Part shown: positions 9,549 to 17,256 of the stretch, piece after piece
Position numbering within the stretch: the stretch's first letter is position 1
How the letters are laid out: every line of letters starts with the position of its first letter
Origin: an uncultured archaeon
GTDB taxonomy: Archaea; Nanobdellota; Nanobdellia; Pacearchaeales; GW2011-AR1
NCBI GenBank assembly: GCA_903831045.1
Contig: CAIKWG010000045.1
Location: 3,088-67,087 of the forward strand
Reading direction: 5' to 3'
Length of the DNA stretch: 64,000 nt
Translations under genes and position numbers: made by a program
Notes under the pieces: model-generated
What the model was told of the DNA's origin: nothing
Seen by the model: only the letters and a program-made list of their open reading frames with translations
Database searches by the model: none

Positions 9549-10396
9549 TTTCTCTTTCCAGATTCAAAGGCTCTTCGAGTTGCTTCTTTCATTTTAATTA
9601 AATCTTCTAAAGAAATATTTTTAAAATTATTCTCAAGGTACATTTCAACTGCCCCAATTAAATCTGATAATTCTTGCAAGGCCATTAATTTATTTTCCTG
9701 AGTAACTGCATCCTTAAATTCTAAAAATTCTTCATTAATCTTAGAATAACTTCCTATTTCTCCTTTGGGAATATCCTTTAGATGGTATGATTTTTTTTCC
9801 AATCCCAAAACTTGACTAAGCCTAGGTTCTGCAACACCAGTTCCATATATCCAAGAAAAATTATCGTAATTTCTAAGCCCATAAGATCCAAGTTCAATTT
9901 GACTTTTCTTAGATAGTATATCTTTTCCTTCAAAAGTATCGATTATTTCAATATCAAGATATTTTTTAAAAAAAGACTCTGCTGTCTTTAAAACATCATG
10001 AACATTATTTTCAAATTTGTCCTTAGAAAAGTTCCCATATCCCAAGAAATCAATAAGCTCTACTTTCTCAAACCAATTAAAGTGAAGATTATCAAGAATT
10101 TTTTCATCTCTGAAACAAGGAGTACAACAAACATATTTTCCAGGAACCAATTTATTCTGCATTATTAATTCTAAAAAAGATTGTTCTCCAGAAGCAACAT
10201 TACATCCAAGAAAATTATCAAACAATTTAACTCCTTTTGGAGCAGTTATTGTATTTGCTTTTTCAGAAACAATCCATGGCACTTCAAGATATTCAAAACC
10301 TTCTGAAACATAAAACTCAATAGCATGAGAAATCTTAGAGTAATCTATTTTAAAATTACTCTTCAAAAAGTGTTCCAAATAAGGTTTTAATTCCAT
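9545..10396 (-). CDS. Class II aminoacyl-tRNA-synthetase-like catalytic core fused to MazG-like all-alpha NTP pyrophosphohydrolase domain
   Basis: Motif 1-like 'EGFEYLEVPWIV', motif 2 'CFRDE..LHFNWFEKVE' and motif 3-like 'GTGVAEPRLSQVL'. C-terminal 'EEFLE-x15-ELSD' acidic pairs. No tRNA-binding domain. Confidence 0.55.
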   Translation of the reverse strand: MELKPYLEHFLKSNFKIDYSKISHAIEFYVSEGFEYLEVPWIVSEKANTITAPKGVKLFDNFLGCNVASGEQSFLELIMQNKLVPGKYVCCTPCFRDEKILDNLHFNWFEKVELIDFLGYGNFSKDKFENNVHDVLKTAESFFKKYLDIEIIDTFEGKDILSKKSQIELGSYGLRNYDNFSWIYGTGVAEPRLSQVLGLEKKSYHLKDIPKGEIGSYSKINEEFLEFKDAVTQENKLMALQELSDLIGAVEMYLENNFKNISLEDLIKMKEATRRAFESGKRN

Positions 10397-10952
10397 TTTC
10401 TATTTTTTTTGAATATTTAATAATTTCAGTTAAATCTCTATTTCCATAAATAATTCCAACTTCCCCATCATTAGTTTCCCCCTTGAATTCGCAAGCCACA
10501 CAAGGATTTCTCAGAATAGAATCTTTATCAGGATTAGAATCAATACCCATAGGAGATTTACAAGTATGCCTTAATTTCCAAGTTAATTCTTCTGTTTTCC
10601 GATTATAATTTCCCCCAAGATAGGGATACTTTCCAGAAATCAAAATAGATTCTGGATGAAATTCAATTAGATAATTGATTTTATTTGCATTGACTTTTAT
10701 TTCAGAAATATTTCCATTTTCAATAACCAATTTTGCAAGATTGATTTTAAGCTCTCTATTTGAAGTTTCAAAATACAAATTTAATAGTCTATACTCATTA
10801 TTCATAGCATTATACTTATCCCAAACGTCTCCAGCAAGCTCACTTCCATAATCTTCAACTATACTTTTAGTAAGTTGATATTGATATTCTACTTCTTCCT
10901 TTAATTTTTCTATTCTTTTCTTTAATTCTAGTTCAATTTTTTTATTTTCCAT
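10356..10952 (-). CDS. ORFan, coiled-coil N-terminus (operon paralog family, member D)
   Basis: 198-aa ORF starting with 'MENKK' inside the repeated junction. Its C-terminal 'LTEIIKYSKKIENGIKTLFGTL' resembles the tails of the 11597-13315 proteins. Confidence 0.5.
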   Translation of the reverse strand: MENKKIELELKKRIEKLKEEVEYQYQLTKSIVEDYGSELAGDVWDKYNAMNNEYRLLNLYFETSNRELKINLAKLVIENGNISEIKVNANKINYLIEFHPESILISGKYPYLGGNYNRKTEELTWKLRHTCKSPMGIDSNPDKDSILRNPCVACEFKGETNDGEVGIIYGNRDLTEIIKYSKKIENGIKTLFGTLFEE

Positions 10953-11172
10953 TTTCCACTTCTCCTTCCAAACTTTTTTGTTTTTTGTAAGCTACACAGT
11001 TAAGATAATCGTCACATCCCGAATCACAATCTGGATGACCTTGAGGCATTCCATACTCTCCATAATAGGTTCTTAACGTACAAACATAACTTCCTAAAGA
11101 AGAGTAAAGTAAATCATAACCCTCAAATTGAGAGTATGGACAATCTTTTCCACATTGTTTTTTATTTTCCAT
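10942..11172 (-). CDS. Cys/Tyr-rich mini-protein C1 (CPYS family)
   Basis: ATG at 11172 gives 'MENKKQCGKDCPYSQF...'. It has 6 Cys and ends 'EGEVENGK'. It overlaps both neighbours by 11 nt. Confidence 0.5.
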   Translation of the reverse strand: MENKKQCGKDCPYSQFEGYDLLYSSLGSYVCTLRTYYGEYGMPQGHPDCDSGCDDYLNCVAYKKQKSLEGEVENGK

Positions 11173-11374
11173 TTTCCACTTCCTTTTCTTTTTGCATTCG
11201 ATAAACTTCACATTCAAGATGATTAGTTTTTGGACAAATAAGATATCCTAAAGGTTCATAATAATGATCATAAAGTATTCCTAAAGGAAGACATTGATAA
11301 TTCCCTAGAGAACGCAGAGGATCATAAAGATCAAATTTAGAATAAGGACAATCCTTTCCACATTGTTCATTCAT
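11162..11374 (-). CDS. Cys/Tyr-rich mini-protein C2 (CPYS family)
   Basis: ATG at 11374 gives 'MNEQCGKDCPYSKF...'. It ends 'KEVENGK' and is a paralog of C1. Confidence 0.5.
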   Translation of the reverse strand: MNEQCGKDCPYSKFDLYDPLRSLGNYQCLPLGILYDHYYEPLGYLICPKTNHLECEVYRMQKEKEVENGK

Positions 11375-11600
11375 TTTTGACTTCCCCATCCAATTTAATT
11401 TTATTAAGATATTCTAAACATTTCAAATATTCTACACATTCACATCTCAAAAAGATAGATTCGTTCGCAAGAGCATTCTTATTTTCTTGAATAGTACATT
11501 CCCCATATTCTATTGGAAATGGAATTCCAGGAGAGAGATAATAATCTTCATAGTCAATAAGGACGTAAGGACAACCTTCAGAAAAACTATTTGTTATCAT
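11367..11600 (-). CDS. Cys/Tyr-rich mini-protein C3 (divergent CPYS family)
   Basis: '...SEGCPYVLIDYEDYY...' with 5 Cys; ends 'LDGEVKNE'. ATGA overlap with the upstream gene. Confidence 0.45.
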   Translation of the reverse strand: MITNSFSEGCPYVLIDYEDYYLSPGIPFPIEYGECTIQENKNALANESIFLRCECVEYLKCLEYLNKIKLDGEVKNE

Positions 11601-12124
11601 CCTACCAACATCTCACTCATTTTAATTATATTTTTAAGCTTAGCCATTATAGATGGTTTCAAATTCTTAGATTTATAAAAATCCAATAATTTTTCATAAG
11701 AATTAGGAAAATTTATTCCAGATTTAGAATTATACTCATACAGAACATTCATTTTTCTTTTTGCAGCATCTTCATCCTTTAACAAAATATCAACTGCAAA
11801 TTCTCCTATTGGTTTTGAAGCAGAGAATTTAAATCCCTTAGTATAGAATTCTTCAGGTTTATTCTCTCTATCCCAAGGATGCATAATTTCAAAACCTTCT
11901 TGTAAATTAACTACCTCACATTCTAGCATTTGAGAATAATCAGAAGTGTAAATTTTTAATTCTTTTTCCAGTTGAGAAAAAGATAAAACTGGAAATCCAA
12001 TATTTTCCAAAAACCCTTTCAATTTTTCACTATCCTTAATTTGCTTTTCTAAATCTTTTTTTTCCTGCTCCAAAGATTTAATATAATCATTCATTTCATT
12101 AAACGAAGTTAAAGCCATATCCAT
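11597..12124 (-). CDS. ORFan, coiled-coil N-terminus (operon paralog family, member B)
   Basis: ATG at 12124 lies 1 nt after the upstream stop (track start 12175 overlaps it by 50 nt). The tail 'YEKLLDFYKSKNLKPSIMAKLKNI' resembles A1/A2. Confidence 0.5.
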   Translation of the reverse strand: MDMALTSFNEMNDYIKSLEQEKKDLEKQIKDSEKLKGFLENIGFPVLSFSQLEKELKIYTSDYSQMLECEVVNLQEGFEIMHPWDRENKPEEFYTKGFKFSASKPIGEFAVDILLKDEDAAKRKMNVLYEYNSKSGINFPNSYEKLLDFYKSKNLKPSIMAKLKNIIKMSEMLVG

Positions 12125-12125
12125 T

Positions 12126-12746
12126 TTACCAACAACTCCATTCACTTTCTTCAGGATTTTTCTTCCTAATTTCATTTATTTGATTATAAAGACTCAAAAG
12201 CAAATCCTTCTTTACACCATGATTTTGATAAAATTCAATTATCTTATCAACATGCACAGGATGAGTTCTTTGATATCTCTCCCAATCACCATGAAGAGAG
12301 GCTCCAGAAACAGTATGTTTAGTTTGATATATTACATTCAGATAATCATATGGTCCAACATCGTGCTCATGTCTGCAAAAAATAGGCATCATCAGTTTAG
12401 AGTTTTCATCTTTTAATTCAAAGTAAAAATCAAAAATGCAAAATTTATCTTCATCACTATAATTTATTCCAGAATAATTATAACGCCCTCTTGCTTCTTC
12501 TATTTTAATTTTTTCTGCAAGCGAGTAATCCCTTGAAATAAATTCTTCTCTTTGAAAGCTTTTTCTTGAATGCCCAACCAACCTCTCGTCAGTCAAAGTT
12601 TCTACTAAGATTTCCCCAGAAAATTTCCTTAAAATTTCTGTTTGATTTTTTAATTTTTCAAGATTTTCTAAAATTTCTGTTTGATTTTTGATTCTCTCAA
12701 ATTCTTCTATTTTAGGTTTGAAATATTCTTCTAATTTTTTTGTCAT
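12126..12746 (-). CDS. ORFan paralog A1
   Basis: Clear paralog of 12743-13315 ('RDYSLAEKI', 'FCIFDFYFELKD', 'FCRHE', 'FYQNHGVKKDLL'). ATGA overlap with A2. Confidence 0.55.
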   Translation of the reverse strand: MTKKLEEYFKPKIEEFERIKNQTEILENLEKLKNQTEILRKFSGEILVETLTDERLVGHSRKSFQREEFISRDYSLAEKIKIEEARGRYNYSGINYSDEDKFCIFDFYFELKDENSKLMMPIFCRHEHDVGPYDYLNVIYQTKHTVSGASLHGDWERYQRTHPVHVDKIIEFYQNHGVKKDLLLSLYNQINEIRKKNPEESEWSCW

Positions 12747-13315
12747 CTTCTTCCTCCAAGAATTATTTCAGCAGGCTTTGCTTTTCGAAGATCATTTATT
12801 TGCGTATAAAGGTCAAAGAGAAGTTCTTTTTTTACTCCTTTAATTTCATAAAAACTTATTATTTCATCGAGAGGTTTTGGATGAAATCTTCTGGTAGTTT
12901 CAAATTCATCATAATGACCTCGATAAGAAGTATGAGTATTATAGATAACATTCATTTTATCAAATTCAAGATTTTCATGTCTACAATAAACTGGAATGCA
13001 AAGATTATATTTATCATCTTTTAGTTCAAAGTATAGATTAAAAATACAGAATTCTTCGTCATCTGAATCTTTCACTCCTCCAGGAGTATAGTGCCCAGAT
13101 AGGTTCATTATCTGGATTTTTTCTGCAAGTGAATAATCTCTGGTAATACACTCTGCTCTCTTTCTATCACGCTCATTATATCCAGAAAGCTGATCAGTTA
13201 AAGTATCTATGAATAGCTCTCCAGGAAATTTTTCAAGAAGTTCTTTTTGTCTTTTTATTTTCTCAAGCTCGTCTAATTTAGGTTTGAAGTGTTCGTCTAA
13301 GTTTTTTGTTACCAT
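12743..13315 (-). CDS. ORFan paralog A2 (first gene of operon)
   Basis: 190 aa. Shares 'RDYSLAEKI', 'FCIFNLYFELKD', 'YCRHE' and 'FYEIKGVKKELL' with A1. Confidence 0.55.
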   Translation of the reverse strand: MVTKNLDEHFKPKLDELEKIKRQKELLEKFPGELFIDTLTDQLSGYNERDRKRAECITRDYSLAEKIQIMNLSGHYTPGGVKDSDDEEFCIFNLYFELKDDKYNLCIPVYCRHENLEFDKMNVIYNTHTSYRGHYDEFETTRRFHPKPLDEIISFYEIKGVKKELLFDLYTQINDLRKAKPAEIILGGRR

Positions 13316-13423
13316 CTTAATTATCCCTAGACTTGTATTATTAATGACTCTTTCTGTACAAAATTTGTCAATAGTGTTGTATAAAACATAAAATATTATA
13401 AATAGAAGAAATCAAGAAACATT
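13316..13423. promoter_or_regulatory. Divergent control region between the ORFan operon and the wHTH regulator
   Basis: 108-bp AT-rich gap between head-to-head starts (13315 minus, 13424 plus). TATA-like 'tattataaata' lies ~25 nt upstream of 13424. Confidence 0.4.
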
Positions 13424-14266
13424 ATGCTAAACAATGAAACAATTCAAAAAATAGAAAAATTTGTTTCTCAAAAACCAAGAAGTGTTCAAGAGATTGCAAC
13501 ACATCTGGATAAAAATTGGAGAACTGCAGATAGATATATCAAAGAAATTGAAGATGAAACAGGAACAATCTCCACACGAACATTTAGAGAAGGAACCAGA
13601 GGAGCACTAAAAATTGTTTATCTTCTGAATCCAGATAAAATAAGCTCTTCAAAATTCCAAGAAGAATTAGAAGAAAGAATAATGAGACTTAGAAGAAAAG
13701 AAGAATTCTCTGCTTTTGATATATTCCAGTGTGTTCCAGAAAAAAATAAATTAGCAATTGTAGAAGAAGAAATATCCGAAGCATCTACTAATCTTCAAGA
13801 ACTAATATCTATCCTAAATGGAACAGAAAAAGAATTAAAACTCTTTTCAGGAAATCTTTCTTGGATTAATCTAAAAAAAGGAAAAATAGATTTATTCAAT
13901 ACATTAGAAAAACTTGTAAAAAGGGGAGTTAGAATTAAGGTCCTTTGTAGAGTCGATTTAGATGGGGTAGATAATATAAAACAAGTTTTACAATTAAATT
14001 ACAAATATGGGAAAGAACTAATAGAAATAAGACACCGAGAGCATCCAATTAGAGCATTTGTCATTGACAATACATCAATCAGATTGAAGGAAATAAAAGA
14101 ACCAACAGGGAAGATAAAAGAATTAGATAAAAAGAAATTTATCTTTTATACCATCCGAGATAAAGAATGGGCAGAGTGGCTATCAAAGATATTCCTTAAA
14201 ATGTTCAACACATCAATTAGTGCTGAAAAAAGAATCACAGAGCTAAATAAACTCATAAAAAAATAA
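13424..14266 (+). CDS. Putative transcriptional regulator (N-terminal winged helix, TrmB-like architecture)
   Basis: 'PRSVQEIATHLDKNWRTADRYIKEIE' HTH. The C-terminal ~170 aa are unassigned and resemble TrmB-type effector domains only loosely. Confidence 0.45.
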   Translation: MLNNETIQKIEKFVSQKPRSVQEIATHLDKNWRTADRYIKEIEDETGTISTRTFREGTRGALKIVYLLNPDKISSSKFQEELEERIMRLRRKEEFSAFDIFQCVPEKNKLAIVEEEISEASTNLQELISILNGTEKELKLFSGNLSWINLKKGKIDLFNTLEKLVKRGVRIKVLCRVDLDGVDNIKQVLQLNYKYGKELIEIRHREHPIRAFVIDNTSIRLKEIKEPTGKIKELDKKKFIFYTIRDKEWAEWLSKIFLKMFNTSISAEKRITELNKLIKK

Positions 14267-14322
14267 AAACCCCAAAACTATAAATCTTTTAAAACCTCTA
14301 TTCTAATAGAATATATAAGAAA

Positions 14323-16764
14323 ATGCTAAAACCCAAAAAAACAAAGCAAGAACAAGCAGTGGAAGCTCACCTTTTTGAAAACAAGGATATTAAGCAGATC
14401 ACAGAAAAAAAAGTAAGTTCAGAACCAAGAAGAGAAGATTTACTTAGAAATACAACCGAAAAGGAAGTTACAACTTCTAATCAAACTATAGAAAAACCAA
14501 GAAAGGTTGTAGAAAAGAAAACAAAAAGAATCAATCCAAGAGATTTAGAAACAGTAGAAAAAATTGGAGAAGGATTATCCAAGGCCAAAAGAAAAAAAAC
14601 AAAGATTAATTCAAAAGGAAAATCATTCAAATCTAAAAGAACCGTAGTAAAAAGGGAAGCCTATCTCCCTCCGAAAATAATTCTAAAAAAGGGTGGCTAT
14701 GAACTAGTAATTACAGAAAAACCTCAAGCAGCAGCAAAAATTGCAGCAGCTCTAGGAACTGCAACAAAAAGAGAAATTAAGGGAGTTCCATATTATGAAG
14801 TAACACGAGATAAGAAAAAAATAATTGTTGCATGTGCAGTAGGTCATTTGTTCACTCTAATGCAAACAACTTCAGGTTCAGAAGTTCCAACTTTCTCAAT
14901 CGATTGGGTTCCGAATTTTCAAGCAAAAAAAGGAGATTTCACAAAAAAGTATTATGAAGTTCTTTTGGCCCTAGCAAAAAATGCAGGAAGTTTAACAGTT
15001 GCAACAGATTATGATATTGAAGGAGAAGTTATTGGAACAAATGTAGTAAGATTAATTTGTAATCAACCAGATGCAAATAGAATGAAATTTTCGACACTAA
15101 CTACAAAAGAATTAAACAAAGCTTATGATGAAAAATTACCTTCGCTTGATTGGGGCCAAGCGACTGCAGGAGAAACAAGACATTTCTTGGATTGGTATTA
15201 TGGTATCAACCTATCTCGTTCTTTAATGAATGCAATAAAGACAACTGGAAAGTTCAGAATAATGTCTATTGGTAGAGTGCAGGGACCAGCACTAAATATG
15301 ATCGTTCAGAAAGAAAGAGAAATTCAAGAATTTAAACCAGAACCCTATTGGCAAGTATTTGTTATACTAGAAAAACCAGAAATTGAATTAAAATATGTAA
15401 AGGATATTTTTGATAAAAAAGAACTAGATAAGTTCAAGGATTTAGAAGGAAAAACTGGAGAAGCAAGAACAGATAAGACAGAACAAATTCTTCCTCCAAA
15501 TCCGCCTTTTAATTTAACAACATTACAAACAGAATCATATAGGCTTTTTGGATACAGTCCTTCAAGAACCCTACAACTTGCACAAACATTATATCTAGCA
15601 GGATTGATTTCTTATCCAAGAACTTCATCTCAACAATTACCAGATTCAATTGATTACAAACCAATTTTAGAAACACTAAAAAAACTTTACAAAGTTGCTA
15701 AATTAATAAAAAAAGAAAAACCAATACAGGGAGAAAAAACAGACCCAGCCCATCCTTCTATTTATCCAACTGGAAACCAGCAAGTTCTTTCTGGAGATGA
15801 AGAAAAGATATACGACTTAATTGTAAGAAGATTTTTATCTCTATTTTGTGAAGATGCAATAATTGATAAAAAAAGAATAGTTGCTAAAATAGAAAAATTT
15901 GATTTTACAACAAATGGAGCAGAAATAAGAAAGAAAGCCTGGTTAGAGATTTATCCTCAAAAAATTAAAGAAACTCAAATTCCAGATGTAACTGGAACAG
16001 TTAAAGTAAAATCCTCACGAACAGAAGAAAAGGAAACTCAACCTCCAAAAAGATATTCTCAAGCTTCGATAGTATCAGAGCTAGAAAAAAGAAATCTGGG
16101 AACTAAGGCAACTCGTGCAGCAATTCTAGAAACACTCTATGACAGAGGATACGTTAAGGAAAAATCAATTGAAGCAACACCCTTGGGAATTTCTTTAATT
16201 AGCACGCTAGAAAAATATTCTCCAATAATTATTGATGAAGAATTAACAAGAGGACTGGAAGAAGACATGGAACATCTTGCAGAATCTAAAGAAAAAGATC
16301 TAAAGAAAAAAGAAGAAAATATTCTAGAAAAAGCAAGAGAAATTATAAGAAAAATAACCACAGACATGAAACAAAAAGAAAATAAAATAGGAGAAGAATT
16401 ACTTCAAGCTCAAACAGAATTAAGAGAAATGGAGCAAAAAGAAAATACATTAATCCAATGCCCTAAATGTCACAAGGGAGATTTAAGAATTACCTACTCA
16501 AGAAAGAACAGAAAATTCTTTGTAGCCTGTTCAGCCTATCCTGATTGTAAAAACACATATTCTCTTCCTCCATACGGAGCATTAAAGAGAGTAGACAAAG
16601 TTTGTGAAGATTGTAATTTTCCTATGTTAATGTCTCTAAGAAAAGGAAAAGGTCCATGGATATTCTGTTTTAATCCAGAATGCCCAAAAAACAAAAAGAG
16701 AGTTGAAGAATACAACGAAAAGAAAGAAAGAGAAAATACAGAAGCTTCTAATCTTTCTGCCTGA
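14323..16764 (+). CDS. topA: DNA topoisomerase I/III (type IA) with Lys-rich N-terminal extension
   Basis: Toprim 'LVITEKPQAA' and 'ATDYDIEGE'; active-site 'ISYPRTSSQQL'. C-terminal zinc ribbons 'CPKCHKG...CSAYPDC' and 'CEDCNFP...CFNPEC'. Confidence 0.9.
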   Translation: MLKPKKTKQEQAVEAHLFENKDIKQITEKKVSSEPRREDLLRNTTEKEVTTSNQTIEKPRKVVEKKTKRINPRDLETVEKIGEGLSKAKRKKTKINSKGKSFKSKRTVVKREAYLPPKIILKKGGYELVITEKPQAAAKIAAALGTATKREIKGVPYYEVTRDKKKIIVACAVGHLFTLMQTTSGSEVPTFSIDWVPNFQAKKGDFTKKYYEVLLALAKNAGSLTVATDYDIEGEVIGTNVVRLICNQPDANRMKFSTLTTKELNKAYDEKLPSLDWGQATAGETRHFLDWYYGINLSRSLMNAIKTTGKFRIMSIGRVQGPALNMIVQKEREIQEFKPEPYWQVFVILEKPEIELKYVKDIFDKKELDKFKDLEGKTGEARTDKTEQILPPNPPFNLTTLQTESYRLFGYSPSRTLQLAQTLYLAGLISYPRTSSQQLPDSIDYKPILETLKKLYKVAKLIKKEKPIQGEKTDPAHPSIYPTGNQQVLSGDEEKIYDLIVRRFLSLFCEDAIIDKKRIVAKIEKFDFTTNGAEIRKKAWLEIYPQKIKETQIPDVTGTVKVKSSRTEEKETQPPKRYSQASIVSELEKRNLGTKATRAAILETLYDRGYVKEKSIEATPLGISLISTLEKYSPIIIDEELTRGLEEDMEHLAESKEKDLKKKEENILEKAREIIRKITTDMKQKENKIGEELLQAQTELREMEQKENTLIQCPKCHKGDLRITYSRKNRKFFVACSAYPDCKNTYSLPPYGALKRVDKVCEDCNFPMLMSLRKGKGPWIFCFNPECPKNKKRVEEYNEKKERENTEASNLSA

Positions 16765-17212
16765 TAAAAGAATATTTATTAAAAATATTTTTGTCTAACT
16801 TTAGTTTTCCGGAAGCATCTTCAAGAGGAATTAAAGAACCAGAAAAAAATTTCAAATTAACTAACACCTCATTATTCGCTAACAATTCTTCCAATTTTCC
16901 CAGACTATCTGGTAAGCTGACCTTGCCAATACACATCCCTTTTAATCTTCTTGAAGAAAACCCCTTTTTAACCTTAAGAGAATCTTTTCCAGAAAGGTAG
17001 TTCAGGTGATAAAATCCAGCAAAAAGATAGGAATAATCTTCTAATTTTTTATCTAATTCTCCTCTCTCAACGGAGGGAAAATTTTCTTTGAATTTTTCTA
17101 ATTCTTCATACCAAACAGGCTCCATCTTTATCACAACATTTCCTTTGGGAGGAAAAAAAACATACCTAATTCCATGATAGGCAGAAAATCCTGCTAATAG
17201 ACTTATGCTCAT
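16748..17212 (-). CDS. Hypothetical protein with N-terminal TM segment
   Basis: Track start 17266 is GTG and overlaps nreA. The first ATG at 17212 gives 'MSISLLAGFSAYHG...'. Confidence 0.35.
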   Translation of the reverse strand: MSISLLAGFSAYHGIRYVFFPPKGNVVIKMEPVWYEELEKFKENFPSVERGELDKKLEDYSYLFAGFYHLNYLSGKDSLKVKKGFSSRRLKGMCIGKVSLPDSLGKLEELLANNEVLVNLKFFSGSLIPLEDASGKLKLDKNIFNKYSFIRQKD

Positions 17213-17256
17213 AAATAATGAACCAAATGAAGGTTTAAAAAAATTTATATCCAAGA

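Noticed and set aside
12631-12689. Possible CRISPR-like or minisatellite repeat (20-mer repeated with 39-nt period)
   Set aside because: There are only two copies. They lie in-frame inside a CDS and encode a duplicated 13-aa coiled-coil segment. No further repeat-spacer units and no cas genes are present in the window.
8203-14322. Integrated provirus or plasmid at tRNA-Lys
   Set aside because: I recognised no integrase, recombinase, capsid, terminase or replication initiator gene. The duplicated tRNA 3' end lies only 82 nt from the original, and no distal repeat copy was found. It is reported only as a possible accessory island.
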